This document shows positions 1-7,804 of a DNA stretch of 64,000 bases, one piece after another. The notes under the pieces are model-generated. The model saw only the letters and a program-made list of their open reading frames with translations. It was not told where the DNA came from and made no database searches. The DNA is taken from the NCBI GenBank assembly GCA_963810635.1, contig CAWEOB010000008.1:90615-154614 (forward strand). The letters run 5' to 3'. The translations under genes were made by a program, and so were the position numbers. The DNA comes from an uncultured Actinomycetes bacterium (GTDB taxonomy: Bacteria > Actinomycetota > UBA4738 > HRBIN12). The first letter of the stretch is position 1; every line of letters starts with the position of its first letter.

Positions 1-99
1 GCATTCGTTCGGTTTGACGATCCCGCGTTCGGCCATTAGACACTCGCCCCGAGCAGCACCGACGAGTTCGGTTGGATACGCCCGCAGGACGGAGGAGAG

Positions 100-662
100 A
101 TGGGTCCATCGATCGGCGAGCCGGGGGCATCGGCACGCGGGAAACGCCCACCCATCCGTCGGAGGGTCGCCATCGTGCTCTCTCTCGTCGCCGTCCTAGC
201 GTCGTTGGCAGGCCCGGCCGAAGCTTGGACGCTCAGGATCAGGACCGATGGGAACGACAATCCCAGGCGGGCGGACATCCGGCGCGTCGTGACCGACCTA
301 TCGACCAGCACCGTGCTCTTCCGGATCGATACGTGGCAGCGGTTCTACGTCAGGGGTCCGCAGAGTGGCTACTTCATCGTCCGGTTCGATTCGGGTGGCG
401 ACCGGGAACTCGATCGCGTGCTCGAGATCTACCCGGGGCCCCGTGGGTACACCTGCCTGCTTGAAGAGGCCGAGCCCGGGGAGATCCAACGTATTTCGTC
501 GGTGACCGTCACGCTCGGCGTGCGAACCAGCGATCCGTCGAGTGCAGGCTCCCGCGTTCGTGGTTCCCTCGGATCGACCGGGCGGTGCGCTTCTACGTTG
601 TCTCGGCAAATCGCAACCCGATCGATCGAGCGCCGGACCAGGGCATGTACGTCTGGTTGTGA
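100..662 (+). pseudogene. Small secreted protein, paralog family copy 1 (one frame disruption)
   Basis: GGAGGAGAG RBS then ATG 100. Signal peptide VAIVLSLVAVLASLAGPAEA. The N-terminal two thirds lie in the frame of ORF 100..795. The conserved C-terminus RSVECRLPRSWFPRIDRAVRFYVVSANRNPIDRAPDQGMYVWL* is in the frame ending at TGA 660-662. It aligns along its length with the intact paralog 5091..5579. The shift lies near the G-run at about 478-485. Confidence 0.6.
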
Positions 663-691
663 CCAGCGGATCCTGACCTGCACGTACCGGC

Positions 692-886
692 TCAGGAGCC
701 GGTGGCCTCGTGCTTGGCGACGAGGTCCGCGATGCCCACCACATCGTCGAGGGCGATCAGATGCTCGAGCGCCCCTTGAGGGATGCCTCCGATGAGTGAC
801 CCTTGGCCCCGACCTGTGATCCAGCCAGGCTGGTCGTCGAAGGAGGACGTCTCGCGGCCGTGGATGCTGCCTTGGATGACGAGCGT
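692..886 (-). pseudogene. Orphan 3' coding remnant (64 codons, no start codon)
   Basis: The minus-strand frame is open only from TAG (887-889) to TGA (692-694): TLVIQGSIHGRETSSFDDQPGWITGRGQGSLIGGIPQGALEHLIALDDVVGIADLVAKHEATGS*. It has strong G/C third-position bias like real genes here. There is no ATG/GTG/TTG near its 5' end and no room upstream, because the HTH gene starts at 942. Confidence 0.3.
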
Positions 887-928
887 CTATGGGAGTGAGC
901 GCCCGCCTCAGCCCGTCCTCAGCGCGGA

Positions 929-988
929 CTAGGCTCCATCCATGGCGGCGTTCCCCGACATGCTCCGAACCGACCGTGAGCGTCGCGG
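929..988 (+). repeat. About 60-bp direct repeat, copy 1 (covers the 5' end of the HTH gene)
   Basis: ctaggctccatccatggcggcgttccccgacatgctccgaaccgaccgtgagcgtcgcgg matches 2014..2074 (ctaggctccggtccgtggcggtgttccccgagatgctccggaccgatcgtgagcgtcgcgg) with about 8 mismatches. Confidence 0.8.
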
Positions 989-1145
989 GTTCACCGTCGC
1001 GCAGGCGCCTGTCGGGTCGGTGTGAGGCCCGCCAAGTACCGCGAACTCGAGGCCGGCACCCGGTCACCGACGTGGCAGACGTGGGACCGCGTCTGCGAGC
1101 TGCCACGGGTGGCTGCGGATATTCGCTGCCAGGATACGGCGGTGA
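942..1145 (+). pseudogene. Small XRE-like helix-turn-helix protein, apparently with two compensating frame shifts
   Basis: ATG 942 gives MAAFPDMLRTDRERRGFTVAQA. The next part, ACRVGVRPAKYRELEAGTRSPTWQTWDRVCEL, is in the frame of ORF 1022..2017. The end, HGWLRIFAARIRR*, is back in the ATG frame (TGA 1143-1145). This needs a missing base at about 1007 (gcg-gcc read as gcgcc) and an extra base at about 1102-1104. The alternative reading is an HTH-membrane fusion continuing in ORF 1022..2017. Confidence 0.4.
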
Positions 1146-1745
1146 ACGACGCCGCGAAACCATCTGCGGCTGTCGGCTCACGTGGTCGACGCACGCCTGG
1201 GGTGTTGCTCGTCGGAGGTTTCGCGGCCTTGATCCCGGGATTCGTCGTCGCCGCTCGGTCTCAGACCGGAACCAGCTACATCGCTCCCACCTTCTCGACC
1301 CGTGTAGGCGAGGTCTCCGTCGTCACGGGGCTGTCCCTCACACTCCTCGGCCTCATGTGGTTCGAGCCCCTCTTGTGGAAGGCGGGCGACCGAGTACTCG
1401 CGGGTCTGGGGACGGCTGCCTACGCCGTGGCGACGGTCTCGTGGATCATCGCGACGGGACGGGAGATCGCGCTGCACAAGTGGACGTACGACCTGGAGGT
1501 CGCGTTCATCATCGCAGCGGGTTTGTCCATGTTGGCGTTCGGAGCTGCGGTGGTCCGGACACGAGTCGATCCCCCGCTGGACGGGCTTGGTCGCGGTGGG
1601 GTGGAGCGCCGCTGGGCTGATCCTGTTCGCTCTGCCTTCCGAGAACTACCCACCACTGTTCGTGCAGTTTGTGCCGCTCCTGTTCGGGATCGCCCTACTC
1701 CGAGCGCCTGGACGTGCTGCTTCGACGGGCTCCAGACGTTCATGA
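1142..1745 (+). pseudogene. Polytopic membrane protein (about 6 TM) with one frame disruption
   Basis: GTG 1142 overlaps the HTH stop (GTGA). Four hydrophobic helices lie in the ORF 1022..2017 frame (GVLLVGGFAALIPGFVVAA, VSVVTGLSLTLLGLMWF, VLAGLGTAAYAVATVSWIIA, LEVAFIIAAGLSMLAFGAAVV). Two more appear only in the next frame (IPRWTGLVAVGWSAAGLILFAL, PPLFVQFVPLLFGIALL), ending at TGA 1743-1745. The shift is near 1557-1562. Confidence 0.4.
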
Positions 1746-2017
1746 CCGGGTGCGGCAGTGACCGACCCGGCCATGCGCCAACTCGACGGGACCTCGGACC
1801 GGGCGGCCGACGTGACCTCTTGCGGGTCCTCACGTCAACCGACAACGTCCGGGCCGACGTGATCCGGCAGTTCCACGAGCGCGGCCAGGAGAACATGGTG
1901 GACCTCCTGGTGCTGCTCGAGGAACAGGAGTGGAACCGTCAGTCGATGATCGAGGAGTTGCGCGGTCATCGAGGGGCCCCTCGAGCGTCGTGGGGTGGGC
2001 GTCGGGAGCCCGTCTAG
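1742..2017 (+). CDS. Hypothetical small protein (91 aa)
   Basis: ATG 1742 overlaps the preceding stop (ATGA). The tail of ORF 1022..2017 reads ...DNVRADVIRQFHERGQENMVDLLVLLEEQEWNRQSMIEELRG.... No recognisable domain. Confidence 0.3.
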   Translation: MTGCGSDRPGHAPTRRDLGPGGRRDLLRVLTSTDNVRADVIRQFHERGQENMVDLLVLLEEQEWNRQSMIEELRGHRGAPRASWGGRREPV

Positions 2018-2074
2018 GCTCCGGTCCGTGGCGGTGTTCCCCGAGATGCTCCGGACCGATCGTGAGCGTCGCGG
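2014..2074 (+). repeat. About 60-bp direct repeat, copy 2
   Basis: See the 929..988 feature. Same orientation, about 1.08 kb downstream. Confidence 0.8.
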
Positions 2075-2175
2075 TATGGACCAGGCGTGTCCGGGGGGCC
2101 TGCTCGTCGCGGATGGTGAGGCTGCCTCGGCGGCCCCACCATCCGCGACTCGGTACGACGGAGACTTCGCTGTTC
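2028..2175 (+). pseudogene. Decayed duplicate of the HTH gene
   Basis: GTG 2028 gives VAVFPEMLRTDRERRGMDQACPGGLLVADGEAASAAPPSATRYDGDFAVLT.... It is colinear with copy 1 in a single frame: the FP-MLRTDRERRG stretch is near-identical, then only sparse matches remain. The reading frame runs on antisense into the convergent cupin gene. Confidence 0.3.
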
Positions 2176-2679
2176 TTACGCGGCGCACGCCGGAGTGTCG
2201 GCCGGGATCAGCAGCGAGCCTGCGGCCGGAGCCTCGAAGAACGTCGCCACGATCACGGTCTGCCCGCCCGTGGGGTTGTAGGCCGAGTGGACGTGCCCGT
2301 GGCCGGCATCAACGAAGGCGGTCCCCGTCGGGTAGGTCCGCTCGCTGCAGTCGGTCTCGACGAAGACGAGCGTGCCCTCGACCACGTTGACGAAGACCGG
2401 TCCCGCGTGGCTGTGCCACGGGAACCGCGCTCCCGGCTGGATGGTGAACCGTGCCGTGACCGTTCGCGAAGGATCCACGACCTTCACGACCTCGGTCCCG
2501 TGGTGCTTCGCCCTGATCTTGATCTGCATGTCGATGTCGTCCGGGAACACGCTGCGCGGCGTCAGGAGCTCGGTCGCGATCGGGGGCGGCGCCTCCTGCG
2601 CGGCGAGCGGCAGCATCCCGGTGCCGATCGCACCCAGGGTGAGCAGAGCTACTGTCAACACAAGCGCGGACTTCTTCAT
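2176..2679 (-). CDS. Secreted cupin-domain protein
   Basis: RBS GGAAGGGAG before ATG 2679. Signal peptide MKKSALVLTVALLTLGAIGTGMLPLAA. Cupin-type His clusters FPWHSHAGPVFVNVVEGT and GHGHVHSAYN. TAA at 2176-2178. Confidence 0.8.
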   Translation of the reverse strand: MKKSALVLTVALLTLGAIGTGMLPLAAQEAPPPIATELLTPRSVFPDDIDMQIKIRAKHHGTEVVKVVDPSRTVTARFTIQPGARFPWHSHAGPVFVNVVEGTLVFVETDCSERTYPTGTAFVDAGHGHVHSAYNPTGGQTVIVATFFEAPAAGSLLIPADTPACAA

Positions 2680-2904
2680 CTGCGGTCTCCCTTCCGTTCC
2701 TCGCATCACGTGTCCGAGCCTCGTGGCCTTCCTCCTTTCGATTCCTGATGAGCGCTCGTTCATCGCGACGCTATGAGGTCGTTCCGGCCGGTCCTACGGT
2801 GGCGGCCTGGCGAACGCCGGGATGCTGCCATCCGGCTCGATACCGTGCTAGGTCGCTTGACGTGGCCCGAGCGAAGACGGACCGGGTTCGTACAGGTCGA
2901 CCTC

Positions 2905-2956
2905 GGTGGGGCGGGGTGGACTCGAACCACTGACCGACGGATCATAAGTCCGCTGC
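2905..2956 (-). repeat. Partial tRNA-Met copy (3' half only), att-like direct repeat
   Basis: 52 nt are identical to the 3' part of tRNA-Met 5676..5752 except for 4 mismatches, in the same orientation. The anticodon loop CTCATAA became CTTATGA. There is no 5' half and no acceptor partner strand. Confidence 0.8.
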
Positions 2957-3207
2957 GCGGGTACAGGTCAGGTAGCAAACCCATTCCTACCAGCGGTTTC
3001 CTGTCGCAGCGTTTCCAACGATTCGCACTTCTTGCTGACGGTCTTGCGGATCCTCTGTGGACTGCCGGCGAACGGCCGAAACGAGCGGAGGGCCGAATCG
3101 TCACGGTGAACGTTGTCGTGTTGGCGGGACCTTTAAGCTGCAACACAGCGCTCCAGAACCGCTGTCGTCGGAGGAGGTCCCAAGACACGCTTCGTGGTGG
3201 GAGGGCG

Positions 3208-4011
3208 TCAGTCCACGCGGACGGCGCCGAGCGGCCGGTCGTAGCCATACATCGAGTCGATCCGCACACCGCCGTCCCCCGGGCCAGTCGTGTGGATGAT
3301 CTTCCCATGGCCCACGTACATCGCGATGTGTGACGAGGCGCTCGAGTAGTAGATCAGGTCACCGGGCCGGACATTCGACAAACGGATCCGGCGCAGGTCC
3401 CGGTACTGCAGCGACGCGGAGCCGGGAAGGTCGACGCCCGCCTGCGCCCAGGACCACTCCGTCAGGCCCGAGCAGTCGAGGCCGTTCTCCGGGATCCCCG
3501 AGTACAACACGTACCGCACACCGAGGACGGAGTACGAGGCCTGCACCGCGATCTCGGCGGGCGTGCGGCCAACGTAGGCCTCGGTGATCTCGCTCCATCC
3601 GTGGCCGGGGATCCTGAACCGGAATCGGTAGGGTTTCGACGGATCGAAGTCGTCCTCCGTCGGCTCCCAGACGAAACGCATCCGTCCGAGGTCGGTGATT
3701 CGGACCGTGTCGACCTCTTGCCACGTCTGGGAGCGCGGACGCCTGACCATCAAGACGGCATCGACACGGGAGTGGGAACCGCTGACCCTGCCTCGGATCC
3801 AGACCCGCTGCCAGTCGCCGAAGAACCCGGTGTCGACGCAGTCGGCGGCCCTCCGTGGCGCCGTGCACGCCGAGAACGACGTGGTCGGGTGGGCGATGGC
3901 GGGGGCGGCGAGCCCCACGACCAAACCGGCCATCGTCGCGGCGAGGATCGCCCCCCGAACGGGACGGCCGGCGGCGGTTCTCCATATGAACAACGCGGCG
4001 CATCTGAGCAC
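3208..4011 (-). CDS. Secreted NlpC/P60 cell-wall hydrolase
   Basis: C-terminal NlpC/P60 motifs GLDCSGLTEWSWAQAG (catalytic Cys) and SHIAMYVGHGKIIH (His). Signal-like segment VLRCAALFIW...AILAATMAGLVVGLAAPAIA. The start is placed at GTG 4011, with ATG at 3933 as an alternative. The rest of ORF 3208..4281 upstream looks non-coding. Confidence 0.75.
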   Translation of the reverse strand: MLRCAALFIWRTAAGRPVRGAILAATMAGLVVGLAAPAIAHPTTSFSACTAPRRAADCVDTGFFGDWQRVWIRGRVSGSHSRVDAVLMVRRPRSQTWQEVDTVRITDLGRMRFVWEPTEDDFDPSKPYRFRFRIPGHGWSEITEAYVGRTPAEIAVQASYSVLGVRYVLYSGIPENGLDCSGLTEWSWAQAGVDLPGSASLQYRDLRRIRLSNVRPGDLIYYSSASSHIAMYVGHGKIIHTTGPGDGGVRIDSMYGYDRPLGAVRVD

Positions 4012-4327
4012 GCCGCCGCTTGCCGAGTCAACCTGACCATCTCGCCACTCCCCGGATAGGAGCAACCGGCGTACTTGGCGTGGGGCGCTACGACGACGAT
4101 CGTGCCGTTCGTTCCCGATCGGAGCGCTGCTCGAGCGTGATGGAGTTCGCCATTTCGGTGCTCGCTTTCGGGTACACGTCGGAGTTCCACGCCTGAGGCG
4201 TGGTCCTCTCGTGTTCACCGAGTGGCACCTGGGTGGCGCGGGCCCGAACGAGGCGCACCGGCCGCTAGCCGGCTCGTTCAAACCGAACCGTCAGCGGTGG
4301 GTCAAGGAGGCAGATCGCGTTCGAACC

Positions 4328-4823
4328 CTAGACCTCTAGGCTCGCGAAGTCCGGAGCACGGTCGATGCACGGCTGAGCCCGGGTGCACGGGGGCGTGGTC
4401 ACGTCACGGGTGGTGACCACGATCGTCGCCCCCGGGCCGCCAGTGACGCCGTAGGCGCTCGGCACGCTAAGTACCGCCGTGCGATGACTCGGATGCATGC
4501 TCCGTCCGAACCCGTGGGGAGACCGGACGATCCAGCCATGTCCGTGGTCAAGACATAGGAACCGCCAGCGGACGACGTGGTCGCCGGCCGATTCATCGAC
4601 CGAGACGAAGATCCGATTCCCACTCACGCCCGAGGAAGGCGCACCCGTAGCCGTGGGTCGTCTTGACCCTCACCCTGATCTCGCCGTCCCCATGGACGGC
4701 ATGCACCGACGTGATATCCAGCCGGCCCGCGGCATCGAAGGAATCCACCACGTTGACCGCCAACGCGGAGGGGCGTCACCGAAGGCACAAGGCACCGGCC
4801 ACCATCAGCACGATCTTGCGCAT
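4328..4823 (-). pseudogene. Small secreted protein, paralog family copy 3 (nonsense codon plus frameshift)
   Basis: ATG 4823 gives MRKIVLMVAGALCLR, then an in-frame TGA (4776-4778), then RPSALAVNVVDSFDAAGRLDITSVHAVHGDGEIRVRVKTTHGYGCAFLGRE. After a frame change near 4615-4625 it continues GNRIFVSVDESAGDHVVRWRF...IDRAPDFASLEV* (ORF 4328..4627). It is colinear with 5091..5579. Confidence 0.6.
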
Positions 4824-5090
4824 GAGCCCCCTTCGAACAGCCCCCGACCAGCGACCGGGCGAGCATAGGGCTGGGTTGGTTGACGGTCAAACAGACCGCC
4901 ATTGCGGCCGCGCAACCGTCTCCAGCTTCTTCGCGGGAAGTCGGAGACCCAGTCCTGGCTCGTGTGTGAAGACTTCGAGGTGCGCCCCCCACGGTGGCCA
5001 CCGAGTCGTCCAAGGACCTTGCGCGGGGTCGGTGAGGAGGCTACCGTCGCGCTCGGCCTTCCCCCGTGAAGCAACGAAGGAGGTCGAAGG

Positions 5091-5579
5091 ATGCGCCGAG
5101 TCTTGGCGATCGTCCTCGCCGTTCTGCTGGTCGGCTCCCTGTCGGGAACGAGTGGCGCCGAGGGTTCGATCAAGGTGAGGACAGACCCGAACGACATCGC
5201 CGGCCAGCCTGACATCCGGAACGTGAGCACCGATCTCACGTCGTCCCATCTGTACGTGCGTATCGACACGTACGGGAGGCTGCGGCGTCGAGACAATCCC
5301 CAATTCTGGATCGACCTGAACACCACCGGGGACCGCCGTGTCGACCAGTCCATCGAGATCATCTACGTGTACGGATTTGGGTGGGCCTGCATCGTGCATC
5401 CCCCCCCGGAGCTGTTCCGTGCTGCGTCGCACCCGAACGGCCGGACCCTCTCGTGCACCCTCCCGCGTCGATGGTTCCCCGACATCCATAGGGCCGTGCG
5501 ATTCACGGTGTTCTCGTCCTTGGGTGGCGTCCGGGTCTCCGACCGTGCACCGAACGAGGGAAGGTACATCTGGCTGTAG
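5091..5579 (+). CDS. Small secreted protein, paralog family copy 2 (intact)
   Basis: RBS GAAGGAGG before ATG 5091. Signal peptide MRRVLAIVLAVLLVGSLSGTSGA. Shared family blocks: PDIRNVSTDLTSSHLYVRIDTYG, LSCTLPRRWFPDIHRAVRF and SDRAPNEGRYIWL*. Confidence 0.75.
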   Translation: MRRVLAIVLAVLLVGSLSGTSGAEGSIKVRTDPNDIAGQPDIRNVSTDLTSSHLYVRIDTYGRLRRRDNPQFWIDLNTTGDRRVDQSIEIIYVYGFGWACIVHPPPELFRAASHPNGRTLSCTLPRRWFPDIHRAVRFTVFSSLGGVRVSDRAPNEGRYIWL

Positions 5580-5675
5580 CGCAAGGCTCGACATCTGGGG
5601 GGGTGCTCAGGGGTATAGGCGCTCCGCTAACCCTCGGTATCTGCGCCTTCCGCATCCCCCGACGTGCACGTTCCC

Positions 5676-5752
5676 TGGTGGGGCGGGGTGGACTCGAACC
5701 ACCGACCGACGGATTATGAGTCCGCTGCTCTGACCAACTGAGCTACCGCCCC
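5676..5752 (-). tRNA. tRNA-Met (CAU), elongator type, CCA encoded
   Basis: The reverse complement folds as GGGGCGG-TA-GCTC..GAGC-A-GCGGA-CTCATAA-TCCGT-CGGTC-GGTGG-TTCGAGT-CCACC-CCGCCCC-A-CCA. All four stems pair. Confidence 0.95.
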
Positions 5753-5847
5753 TGAGCGATGGGCATTCTGGCACGCCGACGTGGCCTCCCGCGGCGCCGC
5801 CCCCCTCCGCTCGTCGCTCGCTCGTTGCGTGTTCGCTGACGCCTGTT

Positions 5848-6384
5848 GTGTGGACTACGCTCGGCGTCGTGGAGCGGTCGGAGATCGTCGCTGCCCTCGC
5901 CTCGACCGGGTTGTTGAAGGGGGTCGACCTCCCCGGCCTCGAGCAGGTCGCCGCCATCTGCGAGGTTCGCGTCACCCCTCCGGGACAGCACGTCTTCTTC
6001 CAAGGCGACCTCGCCACGGAGTTCTTCGTGGTGATCACGGGCGCGGTACGCGTCTACATCCAGGCACCCGGCGGTGAGCTCGACGCGGCGCTGGTCCGAG
6101 CCGGGAGCATGTTCGGGGAGATCGCCATGCTCGACGGTGGCCCACGTTTGGCCTCCGCCCTCGCGGTCGAACCCACCACCGTCCTGGCCATCCCTCGCGG
6201 CTCGTGGCTCGAGCTGATCCGGCGCGATGTCGTCCTCTTCCACCACGTGTTCGCCGCCCTCGGCGCATCGTCACGCCGCTACATCGACCACATGGTCGAA
6301 TTCCTCTTCCTCGACGTGACGGTCCCCGACACACCCTCGTGGACGGACGACGCCGGCCCAACACCCCCTCAGCCGTTCGGATAG
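5848..6384 (+). CDS. Stand-alone cyclic-nucleotide-binding domain protein
   Basis: cNMP-binding beta-barrel signature: FFQGDLATEFFVVITGAVRVY ... GSMFGEIAMLDGGPRLASALAVEPTTVLAI. No DNA-binding domain follows. Confidence 0.8.
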   Translation: MWTTLGVVERSEIVAALASTGLLKGVDLPGLEQVAAICEVRVTPPGQHVFFQGDLATEFFVVITGAVRVYIQAPGGELDAALVRAGSMFGEIAMLDGGPRLASALAVEPTTVLAIPRGSWLELIRRDVVLFHHVFAALGASSRRYIDHMVEFLFLDVTVPDTPSWTDDAGPTPPQPFG

Positions 6385-6485
6385 CCGGCTGCTCCCGAGG
6401 AGAGGGAAGGAGGACCGATGGCCCACGGTTAGGTGGAGCACCATCGCGAACGAGACACCAGATCCGGTCGGGACGTACGTCTCAC

Positions 6486-6911
6486 TCACTGCGGCTCGTC
6501 GGTGACCCTGCTCTCCGCTTCCTTCTTGAGCGCCGTCAGCATCGAGGTAATGGCCGAGCCGATGTTCTTGCGGCTGTAGCCCTTGAGCAGGCTGGCGATG
6601 AAGCCCTCCCAGGACTCCTCGGACCGCACGAACGTGCCGCCGTCGCGCGGCTCCAGGTGGAACACGTGGACGGCCTTGATCGTCATCGTCGTACCGGTCC
6701 ATCCGATCTCCGCGGGCGGCTCGACCGCTCGGAGGGTGGATGTGAGCGAGGCCGGCCCCGACTTCCATCGGAACGTGGAGCCGACCGCCACCGGGCCTTC
6801 CAGGTGCGCGGATCTCACTTCAGCGTTCCACCGTGGCCACCCATCGATATCGGACAGGACAGCCCAGACCGTTGCTGGCGGGGCCGCGATCTGGATCTCG
6901 CCAGCGCCCAT
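6486..6911 (-). CDS. SRPBCC (polyketide cyclase/START-like) family protein
   Basis: ATG 6911 gives MGAGEIQIAAPPATVWAVLSDIDGWPRWNAEV...FRWKSGPASLTSTL...GWTG. This is the typical SRPBCC N-terminal pattern. The upstream part of ORF 6486..7127 looks non-coding. Confidence 0.75.
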   Translation of the reverse strand: MGAGEIQIAAPPATVWAVLSDIDGWPRWNAEVRSAHLEGPVAVGSTFRWKSGPASLTSTLRAVEPPAEIGWTGTTMTIKAVHVFHLEPRDGGTFVRSEESWEGFIASLLKGYSRKNIGSAITSMLTALKKEAESRVTDEPQ

Positions 6912-6987
6912 CGCTGGAGCGTCTCGGGTGATCTCCACGAACAGGCACTCTAGTGCCGTTCCTTGGCGCGGCGCGTCCGAAGGCCGA

Positions 6988-7575
6988 TCAGGGGCAATCC
7001 GCGAACGTCTCCACGGCCTGGACCCACGCGTAGCCGGCCGAGAGACCGAGCACGGTGTCCGTCCCGGGGCCACCGTTCGCGAAGGCCGGGTCCGAGGCCG
7101 AGAAGCCGCAGAAGTTGAGCACGTCATCTCCCGCGTTCCCGAACTGCTTGACGTTCCTCCCGATCAGGAGATCGTCGCCGCCCTGGCCGAAGAGGTAGTC
7201 GTTGATGCCGTACTCACCCGCGAAGATGCGGTCGTTCCCACCACCGCCGTACGCGCGGTCCGAGCCCTTCCCGGCGTCGATGGTGTCGTCGCCCGCATCC
7301 CCTCGGATCTCGTCGGCTCCTTCGCCACCCCGGAGGTAGTCGGCCCCGTCCCCGCCGCTGATGGAGTCCGCACCTTCCCATCCGAGGACGATGTCGTCCC
7401 CACCGAGTGCGCAGATCACATCCGGCCCGGTCGTCCCTCTGAGGTAGTCAGGGCCTTCGGTCCCGGTGATCGTGCAGGATGGCACGGCGGCTCGCGGAGC
7501 AGCCGCCCCCGCCGGCGCAGCCAACGCAACGACGATGGCCATGAAGGCGAGCGACGCTGCAGCTCTCCCTCTCAC
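6988..7575 (-). CDS. Secreted calcium-binding repeat protein (RTX/hemolysin-type GGxGxD repeats)
   Basis: RBS GAGGAGG before GTG 7575. Signal peptide VRGRAAASLAFMAIVVALAAPAGA. Serial repeats: GGDDIVLGWEGADSISGGDGADYLRGGEGADEIRGDAGDDTIDAGKGSDRAYGGGGNDRI. Confidence 0.75.
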   Translation of the reverse strand: MRGRAAASLAFMAIVVALAAPAGAAAPRAAVPSCTITGTEGPDYLRGTTGPDVICALGGDDIVLGWEGADSISGGDGADYLRGGEGADEIRGDAGDDTIDAGKGSDRAYGGGGNDRIFAGEYGINDYLFGQGGDDLLIGRNVKQFGNAGDDVLNFCGFSASDPAFANGGPGTDTVLGLSAGYAWVQAVETFADCP

Positions 7576-7804
7576 CGGGGCCTCCTCGGATGTCACCAAC
7601 CCGACAGAACCAGCTGAGGGATCGTAGCTCTCCCACCTGCTCACGGGCATCAGACGAACGTCCAGGAGATGGGCCCATAGCGCCCTCGCTCACCAGGCAT
7701 CGAGCCAGGCGCCTGAGCGCCATCCGACCAGCGCCCTGAGACGGAAGACCCATAGCCGCTCGGACACCGTGCGCGTAGGGTGGACCGGAGACCGGGGAGG
7801 GGTC

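Larger units (their letters stand above)
2957..5675. mobile_element. Possible degraded integrative islet bounded by tRNA-Met and its 3'-half repeat
   Basis: The geometry (intact tRNA, then 2.7 kb, then a same-orientation copy of the tRNA 3' end) matches tRNA-targeted integration. No integrase or excisionase ORF is present. The cargo is an NlpC/P60 gene plus two copies of the secreted family. Confidence 0.35.

Noticed and set aside
2957-3207. A possible integrase 3' remnant next to the partial tRNA-Met copy
   Set aside because: One minus-strand frame reads ...AGSPQRIRKTVSKKCESLETLRQETAGRNGFAT*. I see no tyrosine-recombinase motif (R..HxxR..Y) and no ORF of meaningful length. It is not callable without a tblastn search.
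4012-4327. A long (317-nt) leader upstream of the NlpC/P60 gene, examined as a possible c-di-AMP (ydaO-type) riboswitch because these often precede such genes in Actinomycetota
   Set aside because: Fragments such as GGUGAACAC, GAGAGGACCAC, ACCCGAAAGCGAGC and CGUCGUAGCG loosely recall ydaO blocks. They are in the wrong order, and I could not find the hallmark GGGGACCCA / GGGGUGAAUC / CAGCUAACCUCGUAAGCG blocks. A covariance-model search (cmsearch RF00379) would settle it.
4776-4778. The in-frame TGA in paralog copy 3, considered as selenocysteine or programmed read-through
   Set aside because: It sits inside the signal-peptide region, where a Sec residue makes no sense. The gene also has a frameshift downstream. 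No hairpin resembling a SECIS element follows. It is treated as a nonsense mutation.
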